From Geosiphon pyriformis uo1 (taxonomy: Eukaryota; Fungi; Glomeromycota): a stretch of 64,000 bases of DNA. The notes under the pieces are model-generated. The model searched no databases and was not told where the DNA came from. It saw nothing but the letters and a program-made list of their open reading frames with translations. The DNA lies in assembly GCA_016748015.1 (NCBI GenBank), contig JAAOMT010000772.1, forward strand, positions 3,541 through 67,540, read 5' to 3'. Made by a program: the position numbers and the translations under genes. Position 1 is the first letter of the stretch, and the number at the start of each line of letters is the position of its first letter. Positions 13,258 through 26,861 of this stretch are shown in pieces.

Positions 13258-15116
13258 AACATAATTTTTTAGATTAGTAATTATATTTGCTTTATTTTTT
13301 ATTTTTCTGATTTATATTATTATTAATGCTTTGCTATTGTTATTTTTGAGTTTTATGAAAAGTTAAAATTTGTTATTGTAAAAATTAGTATTTTGTACAA
13401 ATATTATATTTGGTAAAAAAACTCTTGAATACTATTATTATTACAAATATTAAAGTTTAAACTACTTGTCTATTAATTATAAAATGTCTTTTTTTTTCTA
13501 AGTTGTTTTTTAAGTTAGTTATTAATTCTTAGTTTTTTATATGTTTTGTTATTAATAACAAATTTCATGTTATGACTTTTACCTTCTTAATTTCTTTTTT
13601 TATTGTTTTTTTGGCTGTTTTTATTGCTAATTCTATTATTAAGTTTAGATTAAATTCTTTAAAATTTCAGATTTTAAGTTTGGTTGTTTTGGTAAAATTT
13701 ATTGTTGAACTTATTAGTTTTTTAATTGTTTTAGTAACTTTTTTTATGTTTAAAAATATGTATAAAAGTTACAAAGTTAAGAAAAATTTGCTTATTATTC
13801 TTAATATCTTTTAAAATTTTGTTTTTTTTTTAACTAATTGTCTAAGAATTTTGTCAATTTTAAAACTAAAATTGAATTTAATAATATGAATAATAATAAT
13901 TTAAGTACTGTCAAAGCACATTTTTTGAGTAAAAAAACATGTGATTTTATAAATATTTTATAACAAATATGTAATCTTAAAGTTAAAGATAGTATTAAAA
14001 AAACTAAATTGTTTTTAAGTGAATTTATTTTTGATTTTAGAAATTTGGATAATATTATTAAAAAACTTAATAAACAAAATTTACTTCCAGTTCTTTTTGG
14101 TTTAGCTTAATTAATACTTTAATTAATTTAAATAGTTAATTACATGTAGAAAATACATGATTAATATCTAATTTAAGTTATTTAATTTAACATATTATAT
14201 TTAAATACACTTTGTTAAAACATTGATAAAAAAAATATAACTAATTATTTAAGCCAATTAAAATTAAACAAATAAATTTATAAAAAACTTTAATTTAAAA
14301 AAATATTATATTTATAATAAAAAACAAAATTTTATTGTAAATTTTTTGTTATATATATTCAATAAAAAAATTTTTTAATATATTTTTATACTTTGTATTA
14401 TGTAATTTTTATAACTTTTACAACTATTTTTTCAATATTATTTTATATTTTTAAATAATTAAAAAAAATAGAAATTAAAAAACAATTAAAATAAATACAA
14501 TTTAATATTATAAAAATAATTTTAATTAAAAATTATTTTACTGAATTGTTAAAATCTTTTTAAATTTTAAAATGAACTAAAAACATTGGGTATAAATAAA
14601 TAAATTTTACTAATTTAATTTGTATTTTATTAATGTTTTTTGTTTTTTGTTTTAACTTTTAGAAAATAAAAAATATTTTTTAATTATTTAATGTTTTTAT
14701 TATTAAATTGATAATTTTTTTATAGTCTTAAAAATTATTATATATATATATATATTTAATTAAACAAAAAAAACTATTTTTAATTAAATTATAAATTATT
14801 AAATTATTTGTTTTTTGGCAAATTTTTTAAACTATTTTTTAAATAATTTTATAAAATTAAATATAATTGTTTATTTTTATGTAATATTGTATTTGTATTA
14901 TATATATTTTAATTATTATTTATAAATCTATACTATTTATATTAAATTAATTATTATAATTAATAATTGGTTAATTTATAATAATAATTTAAATCTTTCT
15001 CTTGTCGATCCCCTGCCTATGACGAGAGCATAGTTTTTGCTGATAGAATAGCTTTTCCTTTCCCTTTTCCCTTTTTTACTTTAGTTATTTCTCTTAATAC
15101 ACCCCTCTTTATTGCC

Positions 15117-16727
15117 ATAGAACTAGCGAATTTGTCTACTGGTAGTTCTGGTTCTGGATCGACTGGGTTGGGGACCTGGTCTGGCACCAAAAAAAAGATG
15201 TGAGTTGAGAGTGTCTACTCTCATGGTCCGTCATATAAGAAATCTAGAAAACCTGAGGTTGCTGGTGGAATTGTGGATTCATCTGCTGGCCCTCTGCCTG
15301 CTGTTTTGTTACATTCAGGCAATGAAAAACATAAGGTATCTTGGAGAAGTAAAGTCGAGAATGACGAGTTAAGTATAAGTGGAGTGTCAGATGTAGAGAA
15401 TATGACAAACACTATTGCCAAAGAAACAAGCTATGTAGAATCTGGTGATGATAATGAAATAAACGAGGCTACACCAAGAAAAACCTGGACCCGTACTTAC
15501 ATGCTAGGCAAATCTCCGAAAGCTCCAACATTTAACTCCATGAGTGATGATGAGAATGCACTTAGTCTTCTGTCTCCGAAAATGTTTAATGGCTCCAATC
15601 AGATGTCATCTGTTAAGTCACATGCTATGGAAAAGCGAAGCTTTGAGCCAGTAAAATTTTTCATATTAGATATTGAGGTTTCGGCAGTACCTAGGAAGAC
15701 AAATGTTGATAAGTTGATGGCAATTAAAAAAATCTTTTATCGAATTGATGGATTTGGGGGAGCTTCGACTCCCTCAAAATTTCCTGGCATAATAAGATCT
15801 ACATTCATTTCTGAATTGAGTTTGGGCAGGGCAAAAAATATGGCGATCAGTGAAAAAATCATAGTAAATAATGATCTCAGAAGAGTAAACAGTTGTTCGG
15901 ATTGGGAGGTGATAATCAAAGAGATTCCTGTCGATCTTCTCAAATTTGTGGTTGAGGCGGTGTTTTCTAAATTTGGAAAAATTGTGTCAATCAAAATGCA
16001 GCTGATTGGTCTTTGGCAAAAGGCCTTGGTCAAATTTGAATCATCTAAAGTAGCTAGTCTAGTCACTTCTAAATGGTCGGTCTTCGTGAGAAAGGATTTA
16101 GTGCATGTGGCTTTGGCAATCAATAATAAACAAACGTGGGTATTGAGAGATCAGCATCAAACTTTGCTTTATACTCTTCCAGTTGGCACCAATGCCCATG
16201 ATCTCTCCAGTTTGTTGAAATCATATGGTGGGAAGACTTGTTACATTGGCCGTAATCCTAATTTATATGTTCGTGATAGATGCGCTGTAATTTGTTTTGG
16301 TGATGAGGCATCCAAGTTGGCTGCTATTGGTACTGTTCTAGTTTTCAAAGGTGTGAGTTTGTATTGGGCTGGTCTTTCTTTGGCCAGTTGCACTCGTTGT
16401 AAACAATTCAGTCATGTTATAGTCAACTGTTCCTTGGGTGTGAATTCTGGTGTTCATGAGAAGAGGGTGGTTTCTGATCAAGATTGGATTTGTCTGGCTG
16501 GGATATATAAGAAAAAATCAGCCTTGGTTTCGTCTGGTACTCTTCTGTCCATCATTCATGATGCTGTTGTTGAGTTCAGCTCTAGTAGTTCCAAAGTCCT
16601 CACTGCCAAAGTGAGTGGTTTGGAAACAAAATTGATTGCTTTGGAGGCCTCAGTTGGTTCAGTTTTGGATAAGTTAAATATTTTGTGCTCTGGTTCGGGT
16701 TTGTCAGTTCCCCTGTCTTCTCAATGA
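15117..16727 (+). pseudogene. LINE ORF1 (RRM-like domains, CCHC zinc knuckle, C-terminal coiled coil)
   Basis: ORF 15273-16727 extends in frame to gccATA(g) at 15117 (inferred ATG>ATA) across one TGA. EVIIKEIPVD..VFSKFGKIVSI (RRM-like); CTRCKQFSHVIVNC = CX2CX4HX4C. Confidence 0.9.
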
Positions 16728-19700
16728 CTCACTTAATTTGGAAAATTACCATGTGTAATGTCAGAGGTATAAACAATCCTGCAAAGCAGGAAGATGTCAT
16801 TCATTGGCACAAGGATATGAACAATTTGATTTCTATTGTTACCGAGACCAAGCTAAAGGGTAAGATCCGTCCATGGATTGCAACTAGATTTGATAGTGTT
16901 CGAGTCTTTACTTCAGGTCAAGATTCTGGTAATCTGGGTTTGGGTGTTGCTATTGTTGTGGACAATTCTTTGGCTTGCCATGTGTGTAAGGTTTCTAAGA
17001 TGCCTGGTCAGCTTCTCTCGATTAAGTTGCTTTTTAAGAACAAACTTTCAGTATTAATTTTGGGGCTTTATGCTGGTGTCTTTTTGACAGCCCGTTTCTC
17101 TCAGGCCAGTGAAGTCAATTCCCTGATAGCTAGAGCTGTGAATTAGTCTTCTTTTGTTGTTTTGGGTGGTGATTTCAATGAAGATGGCTCTCACAGGTGT
17201 GCTAGTTTTAAGAAGTGTTTGGATTTGGGAATAGTCAATTCTCTGGCAGGGAATTCATTGGCAAAAAGTCCTACCTGGAGAAATTCAAGGGGTGTTGTAA
17301 GAACTATTGATTATGTGTTTATTTCGTCAAATTTGGTCAATGCAATAGTAAGCCGAGACGTTTTGAATGTTTGTGAGTATTTTAATACTGATCATCAAGC
17401 GGTTTGTGTGTTTGTAGATTTGGGTGAGCTTTTGGATACACATTTGAACTCTCTTCGTAGGCAGGCAAATAGAGATTGATAGAAGTTTAACATTAGGGGC
17501 GCTGATGAAAGTAAATGGGACGATTTCAGGAGTGCCACTTTGGCCAATACAGCAATGTTTTCAGATAAGTTTGCCACCTCTGTAAGATTTTCAGATTTGG
17601 ATGTGATGTGGGACGTCATTTGCGAGGTCATGGTGTTTTCAGCTAATGGTACTTTCAAAAAAAAATGGTTCAAGGACTTTGATAGAGTTTTTTCCAAAAA
17701 ATCTTCGAAGTTTTACAAATTGGAGCTTTTGGTTTCTAAGATTATCAAGGCATCATGTAAGGGAGATGTTGTTGGTTTTGCTTCTTTCATGGATTGTTGG
17801 GCTTCTCTGGACAGTATTAAGGCTTTATTCGTTTGGGATCTGATGGATTTTGGTATAGACTCTGGTCATGTCCTTTCTGCTCTTTCGAGTGCTCAAAAAT
17901 CATATCGTGCATCTAAGCTTATTGAGTTTTAGAATGCCAAGGAGGCTAACATTAGATCAGCCATAGATAGGAGAATGGAAAGCTTTGAGGTCAATAAAGA
18001 TCATACAATAAGGAGTGTGCTGGAGCGCCCATTTTGTAAGGTGGTGCTTAACCACTTGGTTGTTGATAGTGAGCTGGTTTTGGAGTCTGATCAGGTTATG
18101 AGCAAAGTGGACGTGATCATGAAGGATTGGACTAAAAAGCGTTAGGTGGTCGATAATATATCAAGCGAATGGTGTCACCAATATCGGCCTTTGGAGTATG
18201 TTTTTAATAAGACTTTTTCAGAAGTGATGTGTCCGATTGGTTTTGATGAGTTGTTTGGGGTGGTTTCCGTTCTTCTTGATGGCAAAGCTGCTGGTCTGTT
18301 GGGTATCTCAAATGAGCTTTGGAAACATTGCGATAGGTCTGTCTTGAAGATGTTGTTGGTGCTTTTGAATGTTTGCTTGGCTGGTGAATTAGTGCCCGGC
18401 CCATGAAAAGAGGCCTGGGTTTCAATGATTCCCAAGCCTTATGAGTGGGAGGGTGTTCTAACGAACACACGTTCTATTGCTTTGATCAAAACAGCTCGCA
18501 AGATTCTTTCCAAGGTTCTCTCTGATAGGATTTCTACTGCATGCAGTACTTTCAATGTTCTTCGTGGGGACAATTTTTCGGTTTTAAAGGGTACGACTAC
18601 TCAATCTCCCATTTTTGCGATTGGTTCAGTAATTGAGGATGCTCTGGAAAAGAACCGTAAGCTCTGGCTGGTGTTGCAGGATATGAGGAAGGCTTATGAT
18701 TCAGTTGGCTGAGAACATCTTGAAAAAAGCCTGGTCAGGATTAAGATGTGCAACAAATTTATTCGGTTCTTTGGTAGTATACACAAGAGTCGCACCAATC
18801 GAGTGATGATAGATTTCGGTTTGACTAGTGGTTATTGTGTATATGATGACTTAGATCAGGGAGAAGTTTTTTCCCCCCTTCTGTGATGCATTTTCTATGA
18901 TCCTTTGTTGTGTGAAGTCAAACGTCAGGAGAGTGTGTGTGGGTATAGGCTGAATTTGTACTTTATCTCTAAAAATGGACGTGCTGAGACTCAGGCTGGA
19001 CTTTTTTCTTTTTTTGCCATTAGTGCTTTTGTCAATGATACAATTTGGGTTGATAACAGTCAAGCTGTCATTCAGCACATTCTCAATGTCACCAGTGAAT
19101 TTTTTTGGGTCAATGATATTTCTATTAACAATGACAAAACAGTGGCCATTTCCATCAATAGCAGAGTCAGCAGTCCTTCCCTTTCTATTAGTGACTTACC
19201 CATTTCCATTGCCAAGAAGGGGGAATCTCATCAGTATCTGGGTATTTTTCTTTCAACTAAGGGTCTTTCAAAGCCGAGTTTGGCTAAGACGCATTCAGAT
19301 GTTCGCTTTTTCGTCAATTTGGTTCTGAGAAAAGCTATTTCAGATAAACAATTCCTGTACTTAGTGTTGGCGATTCTCCAGTCCATAATCAGTTATCGGA
19401 CACAATTTAGTTTTATACTGGTTGGTGTTTGTGCTAAGTGGGATGCTCTGGTCCACAAGGGCTTGAAGCTTAAGTCTGGCCTTCCACTTGATTTTCCCAG
19501 TGATACGCTGCACCACTCTTTATTTTATAGTTTGAAATCTTTCTTGCAGGTACAGTCTGAGTGTAAAGTGGTCTCTTTTGTCAGTTTTGTGAACTCTGAT
19601 GGGATCTTGGGTTGCTTATTTTCTCACAGGTCTCATGACTTGCAAGTTCGGTGTTGGCGTCCTATTCACCCATTAAATTTTCTTGTTTGAGTTAATATCA

Positions 19701-21406
19701 GTGCTTCCAACAACTTTTTGGCAGGCTTGGTCTGTATTCTTCTTGACTGCAATTTGTCTTTGGGTGGATCTTTTGTTAGTTCTTTTTGGTCTAGTGGCAG
19801 TACACCTATGTTTACTGTTTTGGGTAAATCTAAGTTTTCTAAGTTTCTTTCTTCTCTCTGATAGTTTGGCATTGCCTTTGTTGATTAACTTTGTGACTGT
19901 TATGGTGCCATCTTTGACTGGTATACCTTCAAGTGATGGAAGAGGCTGGACCTCCGTGGCCCCGTTCCGTAATGGTTCAAGCTTACTACTGCGTTTCTCA
20001 ATGATGCTTCTCTCCTTTCTAAGTTTGTCTCAGATGGTGCTGTTTATCAAGATATTCTTGGTTCTGCTGATTATGCTTCTGTTTGTGGTTGTCTTTCTCA
20101 GGTCATTTCTGGTAGCTTGTCTGTTTACACGGACGGGTCTTTGAGAAGTTTGGGTACTGCTGGCTGTAGAGCTGGTGCTGCTGCTTTTTTCGAGGACATT
20201 GATTTGGATTTGGGGGTTGGTGTATCGGGCTTAATGTCATCCACCCTTGTGGAATTGCAGGCTATTGCGTTGGCCATGGAGTGTGTTCCTTTGTCCTGTT
20301 CTGTTTGCGTGTTTTCTGATAGTCAGTCTGCTTTGAATGCTTGTAAGTCAGAAATAGATCTTGTGTGTCCTGACTTTTGCAATCAGTGTTGGGTTGAGCG
20401 TTGGCATATCGCTAATATTATTCGTAGTAAAAATTTGAGAGTTAGTTGGCACAAGGTCAAAGGTCACTCTGGCGTTTCTGGTAATGAGCGTGCTGATGAG
20501 ATTGCTGGCATTGTCTCTTTTTCCAGTTGGCATTTGCGTCTTTGCTTGGATGAACATTTTCTGATGGCTGATGGTAGTGTGGTTTTGGGCAATTTGAGAC
20601 ACTTTGTTCATGATATCTACTGATTGATTTGTCATGCACGCTGGAAAGTTGGTTCTGGTGCTAGGTTTTTAAAGGATGATTTGCTTTTTGATGTTGACTG
20701 GTTTCGCTCTTCTATGGTCTGGCATCCTGACTCGCACATGGTCACCAGCTCCACTAGCAGACCCTCAGCTAATGCTCATACCTATTTCATGAAGGCTTTG
20801 CATCACCAGTTACCTGTTGCTGTGAGAAAGCGTCTTTATAATAAATATTACACTAGTGTACTGTGTTTATATTGTGGTGATGTGGAGTCTTCGGACCATG
20901 TATTCTTTTGTAAGGTTGACAATTCTGCTCTTAGTCGGATATTGAATTCTTACGTGGCTTCTTGAAAGACTCTTACTGGTTTGTCACTCTTTTCGTCAGT
21001 TGTAATGCAGCTTTTGTCATCTTGTGCTTCTGATTTCCCTGTGTTTGTGGCTCTATGCAAAGGTTTTGTGTTTAATGATTGGTTTTGCGAGGCTGTTTCT
21101 GTGTTCCGTGACCCCAAAATTGCAGAATTGGAGGTGGTTAAGTTTGTGCACTCTCTTGGTCTTGCCTTTAGGGATGGTGTTTAGATGGTTCGTGCTAAGC
21201 ATCATGCTTATATGGAAAAGGCCAAGTTGATTCCGTTGGATGGTTCAACACCTGTTTCAGTCTCTGGTCTGATTTCAGGGTTTTCTGCTGGTGTTGTCAA
21301 GCTGCTTGGCATTACTGAGGCTGTGGGCGTTCATTTTGGTTTTCATAAACTGTGTTTGTTTTTTTCTGATGTAAGCAGTTTAGTTTCAGTTTGTATATCT
21401 GAGTAG
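16724..21406 (+). pseudogene. LINE ORF2: AP endonuclease, reverse transcriptase, RNase H, CCHC
   Basis: CNVRGIN, VTETK, GGDFNE, IDYVF, TDH (APE); QDMRKAYDSV, QGEVFSP, AFVNDT (from FVDD; RT); VYTDGS, ELQAI, SDSQ, KVKGHSGVSGNERAD (RNase H); CLYCGDVESSDHVFFC. Confidence 0.95.
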
Positions 21407-22589
21407 TGTTGTTCTGATTGGCCCGAATGGCTGGTCACGTGTAGACAATACATGATTCACATCTAGTATAGATCATTTCCTTAATGTGTAGCTCTAAGTA
21501 GTGTTTGGATCTTACTTGTAAAATGTAAAAAAAAAATAATAATAATTTAATAATATTTATATGTTAAATTTTATTAAATAATATTTTTTTTTTAAAATTA
21601 AACTTATTAAAATTAAAGTTGATTTTTTATGAATAAATTATTTAATAATTTTTAAATATTTGCTTTATTTATTTGTTGTTACAAGTTTTAAAACTCAGTA
21701 TTAATAAGTTTATTAATTGTATTAAACATTAATATTTTTATTTTTTGGTTAAATAATACTTTTAAACAATATTAAAACAAGATATACAGTTAATATATTA
21801 CTTTAAACTAATTTTAAAGTTGCTTTTTCAATAATATTTTTAAACTATTGTAATTTTTTTAATTAAATTTTTTGTAATATTTTTTGATATATATTGTTTA
21901 TAAGTTTAATTAAATTAAGATAAAATAAGCAAGAACAAAGTTTTTATTTACAAATTATATTGTTTTATGCCAAAATAAATTTGAATTTTTTAATTATTTT
22001 ATGATTAAAATATTTAAATATTTATATTTTGAAAAATAAGATAGAAAAAAAATTATTTTGTTAATATTTTCTTAAAAAAAGTTTTTATTTTATAAAAAAA
22101 TTTAGAATTATTAAGAATAATTTCTAAATAAATATTTGATTTTTAAAGAAATTAAAATAATAATTTATAATAATAGAATACAAAAAATAAAAAGTTTTTA
22201 AAATGAAAAAAAAAGAAATAATAAAAATAATAAAATATTTTAATTAATTTAAAATTTTTTTCAAATTTTTAAATGTTTTTTATTGTGTTTTAATTTTTTA
22301 TGATTAAAGTAAATTAATTTAAACAATGTTTAATTTCTATTATTGGTTTTAAATTTTGGAATATTTGATTATAAAATACAAAAAATTAATATTCTGAATT
22401 TAAAAATTTAAAAATTAAATAATTATTTTTAGTAATATATTTTTAAATAGTTTTTATACGCAATTTTTTTAAAAGTTTTATTATTTAAACATAATTTGTA
22501 AATTTTATTATCTAAAATATTGTAAATATAAAATGATTTATTTTGTTTATTATTAAAATTTTTACTTTATTGTTTTTTAGCTTTTGTAT

Positions 22590-22830
22590 AATATAATATA
22601 ATTTTATTTTTTATTTTATAAATAATATAATTGTTTGTTATATTTAGCTTTTTATTGTTTTTTAAAAGTATTTAATATTGTATATTATAATTTAATAATT
22701 GTTTTTTAAAATTTTTAATAATATAATAAAAATTTTTTTTTTTATTTTATAAATAATATAATTGTTTATTATATTTGGTTTTTTATTGTTTTTTAAAAAT
22801 ATTTAATATTGTATATTACAATTTAATAAT
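22590..22830. repeat. ~120-bp AT-rich tandem duplication; a LINE is inserted at the end of copy 2
   Basis: tttattttataaataatataattgttt...tatttaatattgtatatta(t/c)aatttaataat occurs twice. Confidence 0.7.
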
Positions 22831-23846
22831 GGTGCTTAGAAAGACTGTTACAAATAAACAATTTTTCTATTTAGTATTAGTTGTTTTATAGCTCAGAGTT
22901 AATAATAGGACTTAGTTCGGTTTTATTTTGTCAAGTATATACTATAAGTAAGATACTATAATTAAGAAAAGTCTTAAATCTAAAGCTAATTTGCCATGTA
23001 ATTTTTTTAATAAGGCTTTGCATCATTTTTTCTTATATAATTTGAAATCATTTAAGCAAATATAGTCTGAAAAAAAATTGGCTGTTTTGGTTTTTTTTTC
23101 TAATGCTTTGAGTATTTTTGGCTGTTTATTTAATTACAGATTCTTGGATCTGCAAGTGTTAAATTGGGCTCTTTTGAATTCTTTACAATTTTTTATCAAA
23201 TTATATGTTAATTTGGTGAACAATTTTTTGCCTAAGATGGTAAAAATTTTTTTAAATAATAAGTTATCTTTGACAAACAATCTGTTCAATATATTTTGTA
23301 GTTCTGGTAAGTTTTCAATATTAGTAATTTTGGAAAAAACCTTGTATCTTGGTTTTGTTTGTTTTTTGAAACAGTTTGGGATTGTTTTTAGTAATAAGCT
23401 TGTTGATAAAAAAGATGTTATAAAAAACTAGAGAACTTTTTATTATTGGAAAAGATTAAATCTTAAAGGTTCTATGTCTTATTGATTTGAGCTTACATTG
23501 ATATTTTTGCATAATAAAAATTTTTTGTTAATTGATGTGGTCAAAATTAACAGGTTGTTAAGATTAATATTAAAATTATCTTGTAATATAGTATTTATGC
23601 TTTTTGATAAGATAATTTGATTGCTTGGTATTATTGAATCTTTTGCAGTTAGTTTTGACAAATGTAAACTGTGTCTTTTTTCTTTGGTTTGAGTAGTAAT
23701 ATATATATTAACATAGGTATATAGTGTTGTTTTGTTTGGTCTAAATGGCTAGTTATATGTAATAAAAGTATAAATCACATTTAGTTTGAACTATTTAGTC
23801 TAATTTCATGTACTAAATAGTATTTATTAAATTGTTAATAAAAAAA
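22831..23846 (+). mobile_element. Old 5'-truncated, internally deleted LINE
   Basis: VLRKTVTNKQFFYLV matches VLRKAISDKQFLYLV. Sequence jumps near 23500-23540 to the ORF2 C-terminus (RNase H/CCHC missing). Tail and poly(A) present; TSD aattta(a/t)taat at 22820-22830 and 23847-23857. Confidence 0.8.
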
Positions 23847-24069
23847 AATTTATTAATTGTTTTTTAAAATTTTTAATAATTATTGGTTTAGAAAAATAAA
23901 TATAAATTTTTAATTTAATAAATAAAATAATACTTTTTATATATTATTATAAATAAATATATTGTTATAATTAATATTTTTATTTTTTAGTTTTATTTAT
24001 TTACTTAATTATAATTATTTATATATATTAATTACTAATAATATTAATTAAATATTTTATTTTTAAAAA

Positions 24070-24181
24070 TAATTATTAATATGATTATTAACTTAATTAT
24101 TAACTTAATTTGATTATTAACTTAATTATTAATCTAATTATTAACCAAATTATTAATTTAATTACTGATTTAATTATTAAT
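24070..24181. repeat. 12-bp minisatellite (TAATTATTAACT)n, ~9 units
   Basis: Visible periodic repeat. Confidence 0.75.
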
Positions 24182-26861
24182 TTTTTTTTAAAATATATAA
24201 ATAAGACTTTTTAAAACTGTAAAAATATATTTATATTCAAATTAAATTCAAAACAAAAATCAATACAATAATATTAACTTTTTTATTTTTTTTTTTAATT
24301 TATATAATTATTGGTTTGATAAAATATATTAAATAAATATTATTAATATCTAAAAATATTAATATAAAATATAAAATTATATTAATATATTATTTTTTAT
24401 TAATAAAATAAATTGTTTTTCTACTTTTAAATTTTTTTATGGTTTTTTAAAAAATAATGATTAAAATATTTAATTATAATAAAATTTTTTTTAGATATTT
24501 ATTTAAAAATAAAAACTAAAAAATATTAAATATAGAAAATAATTTTCCTTAATATTAAAATTATTATATGTATATATATTTATAGTTTTACAAAAAAACA
24601 CAATTATAATTTTATTTTTTATCAACATATTTATTAAGTAAAGTCTAACTTCTATCTAGTACATAGAACTAAACTAAGTGGTTTAGACTAAATATGACTT
24701 ATGTACTTACTATATGTGACTAGTTACTTAGATCAAATAAAACAATACTATACACTTATATAAATATATATGTTACTATCTAACCTTAAAAAAAAAACCA
24801 TAGTTTGTGATAATTAAAACTAACAGCAAAGAACTTAATAATACCAAACAATCTGATCATACTATCTAAAAGTTCAAATATTATACTACAAAACAACTCT
24901 AAAACCAAATTACTATTCTTGATTAAACTAGCTTTTTCTATATTCACTTTATACTTAAATCTTACCAGTTATGTTTTAGCTTAATGTAACTCTATTAAAT
25001 GTCTTACATAATTAATAATAGTAAAGACAGCTTTTTTTACTCTATTAAAAATCTTAACAGTCTTTATATACTAATTTCTTAATACAAACTTCTTACAAAC
25101 TACTGTATACAGATTTATATCTAAAAAGTGTCTGTAAAACAACAAAAAAAGACAGATTATGAACACTTGCCAAGACAACTCAATGTACAGATACCTCAGC
25201 CAGAATTTTTTTTCAAACATTAACATTTTGAATACATATAAACATATAATCAGAGAACTTTACCTCATTATATAGCAAATATAGCACACTAAAATACCAC
25301 TTATTATATAATTTCTTCTTAATTATTATTAGTAGTTGTTTATACACAGCTTTTATTAAATACATATACAAATTGGAAGACTTTTGACTGGTAAACCCAG
25401 AAAACATATACAAATCAGGATGTTATATCTTTACAATAACAGTTTAATCCACATTTTTGATCAATATATTTAGAATTACATTATGGTTATAGTTAGTTTT
25501 CTAACAAACATAACAAATAGATCTAAACAAATCTCTAATAAAATAACAGGTATTGCCAGACACAGCAGTATTTTCAGCAACCAAAAAACATTTTTACACT
25601 TTTATTAGCAAAAAAAAAAGAGAATAAATAGTTTTACTTATTATATTATTAGTCTTTATATTATCAGAAATCCCAAATAATTTTTAATTTTTATCTAACT
25701 TATTATAAGATTTTTATCTCTAATTAAATTAGCAATATGTCTTTTTTTTATCTAACAATTATAAAAGTTTGGTAAAGCAAATGATATATTAGACACATAT
25801 GTATCAATAGTAGCTTGGTTGTTAAGATACAAAATTACCATATGAAAAAATGGAACACACTTCAAGAACAGAACAACAGCCTGTAATTTGGCTATAGTAA
25901 AAGACAAAAGCCTATGTATTCCAATACCAACACCCATATCTACAGCAAAAAAGTACAGTTACTCCACTAGCTATATTAGTAGAACCAGCATTTTTTAATA
26001 AATTATCTATATAAAAATCAAATAAGTTAAACTAAATCTTATGTAAACTATTTTGAATGTCAAAAAATCTCTTGAATTTCAAAATTTTCAAGTCTAATAA
26101 CTAATTAATTCTAGAAAGATCATTTAACAAAGAATTTTTATTATGTAAAAATTTTGATGTAAGCTTAAATCAATAAGATATAAAGTCTTTAAGATCTAAT
26201 CTTTTTTATTAATGAAAAGTTTTCCAGTTTATTATAATACTCTTTTTATCAAAAAGCTTATTATCAAAAACAATTCTAAAGTACTTTAAAGAATGAACAA
26301 AACTAAAATACAAAATCTTCTCCAAAATTACTAATATAGAAAATTTACTGAGACTATAAAAAACATTAAGAAGAATGTTTATTAAAGACAACTTATTTTC
26401 TAAAAAAATTTTCATTACTCCAGCCAAAAAAGTGTTCATTGAACTAATATGCAACTTGATAAAAAATTGCAAAAAATTTAGAGGAGCCCAATCTATAATC
26501 TGCAAATCTATGAATTTATGATTAAATAAACATTTAAGAATATCCAAAGCATTAGAAAAAAATCAAAGCAGTTAATTTTTCTTCAAACTGTACTTGCTTA
26601 AACAATTTCAGACTATACAACTAGGGATAATACAAAGTTTTATTAGAAAATCATAGGACAAGCAGATTTTAGACTTAAGGTTTTTTCTAATTATAACATC
26701 TCATTTGTAGTACATATTTAATAAGATGAAACTAAACTGGATTTTATAACTAACTATGAATTGCAAAACAGCTGATACCAAATAAGAGAACTATTTATCT
26801 GTAATAGTTTTTCTAAGCACCATATTAACAAAAAACCAAATGTTAAAATAAGTCTTAGCCA

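Larger units (their letters stand above)
6975..14235 (+). mobile_element. Degenerate ORF1-only non-LTR element (HAL1-like), ~2.3 kb after removing two nested insertions
   Basis: Reading frame continues across the hAT (KNNI|NLFCMNF) and across the LINE insert (KINNII|F*ISNYICFI). Similar to ORF1 at 15273 (FSVITFIKLKFTNL*QYIIVNF vs FGKIVSIKMQLIGLWQKALVKF). Eroded CCHC knuckle at 13439-13480, stop at 14108-14110, LINE-type tail, poly(A) at 14228-14235. Possible TSD aaaatataa(t)ctaattatt at 6956-6974 and 14232-14249. Confidence 0.7.
14993..21535 (+). mobile_element. Full-length LINE (APE-type, RNase H-containing), inactivated by nonsense transitions
   Basis: 15-bp TSD ataataataatttaa at 14978-14992 and 21536-21550; pyrimidine-rich 5' UTR, ORF1, ORF2, 3' tail and poly(A). 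Confidence 0.96.

Noticed and set aside
15221-20639. Antisense ORFs over the LINE and Ty3 coding regions
   Set aside because: Shadow frames of real coding sequence, not seen to be conserved between copies.
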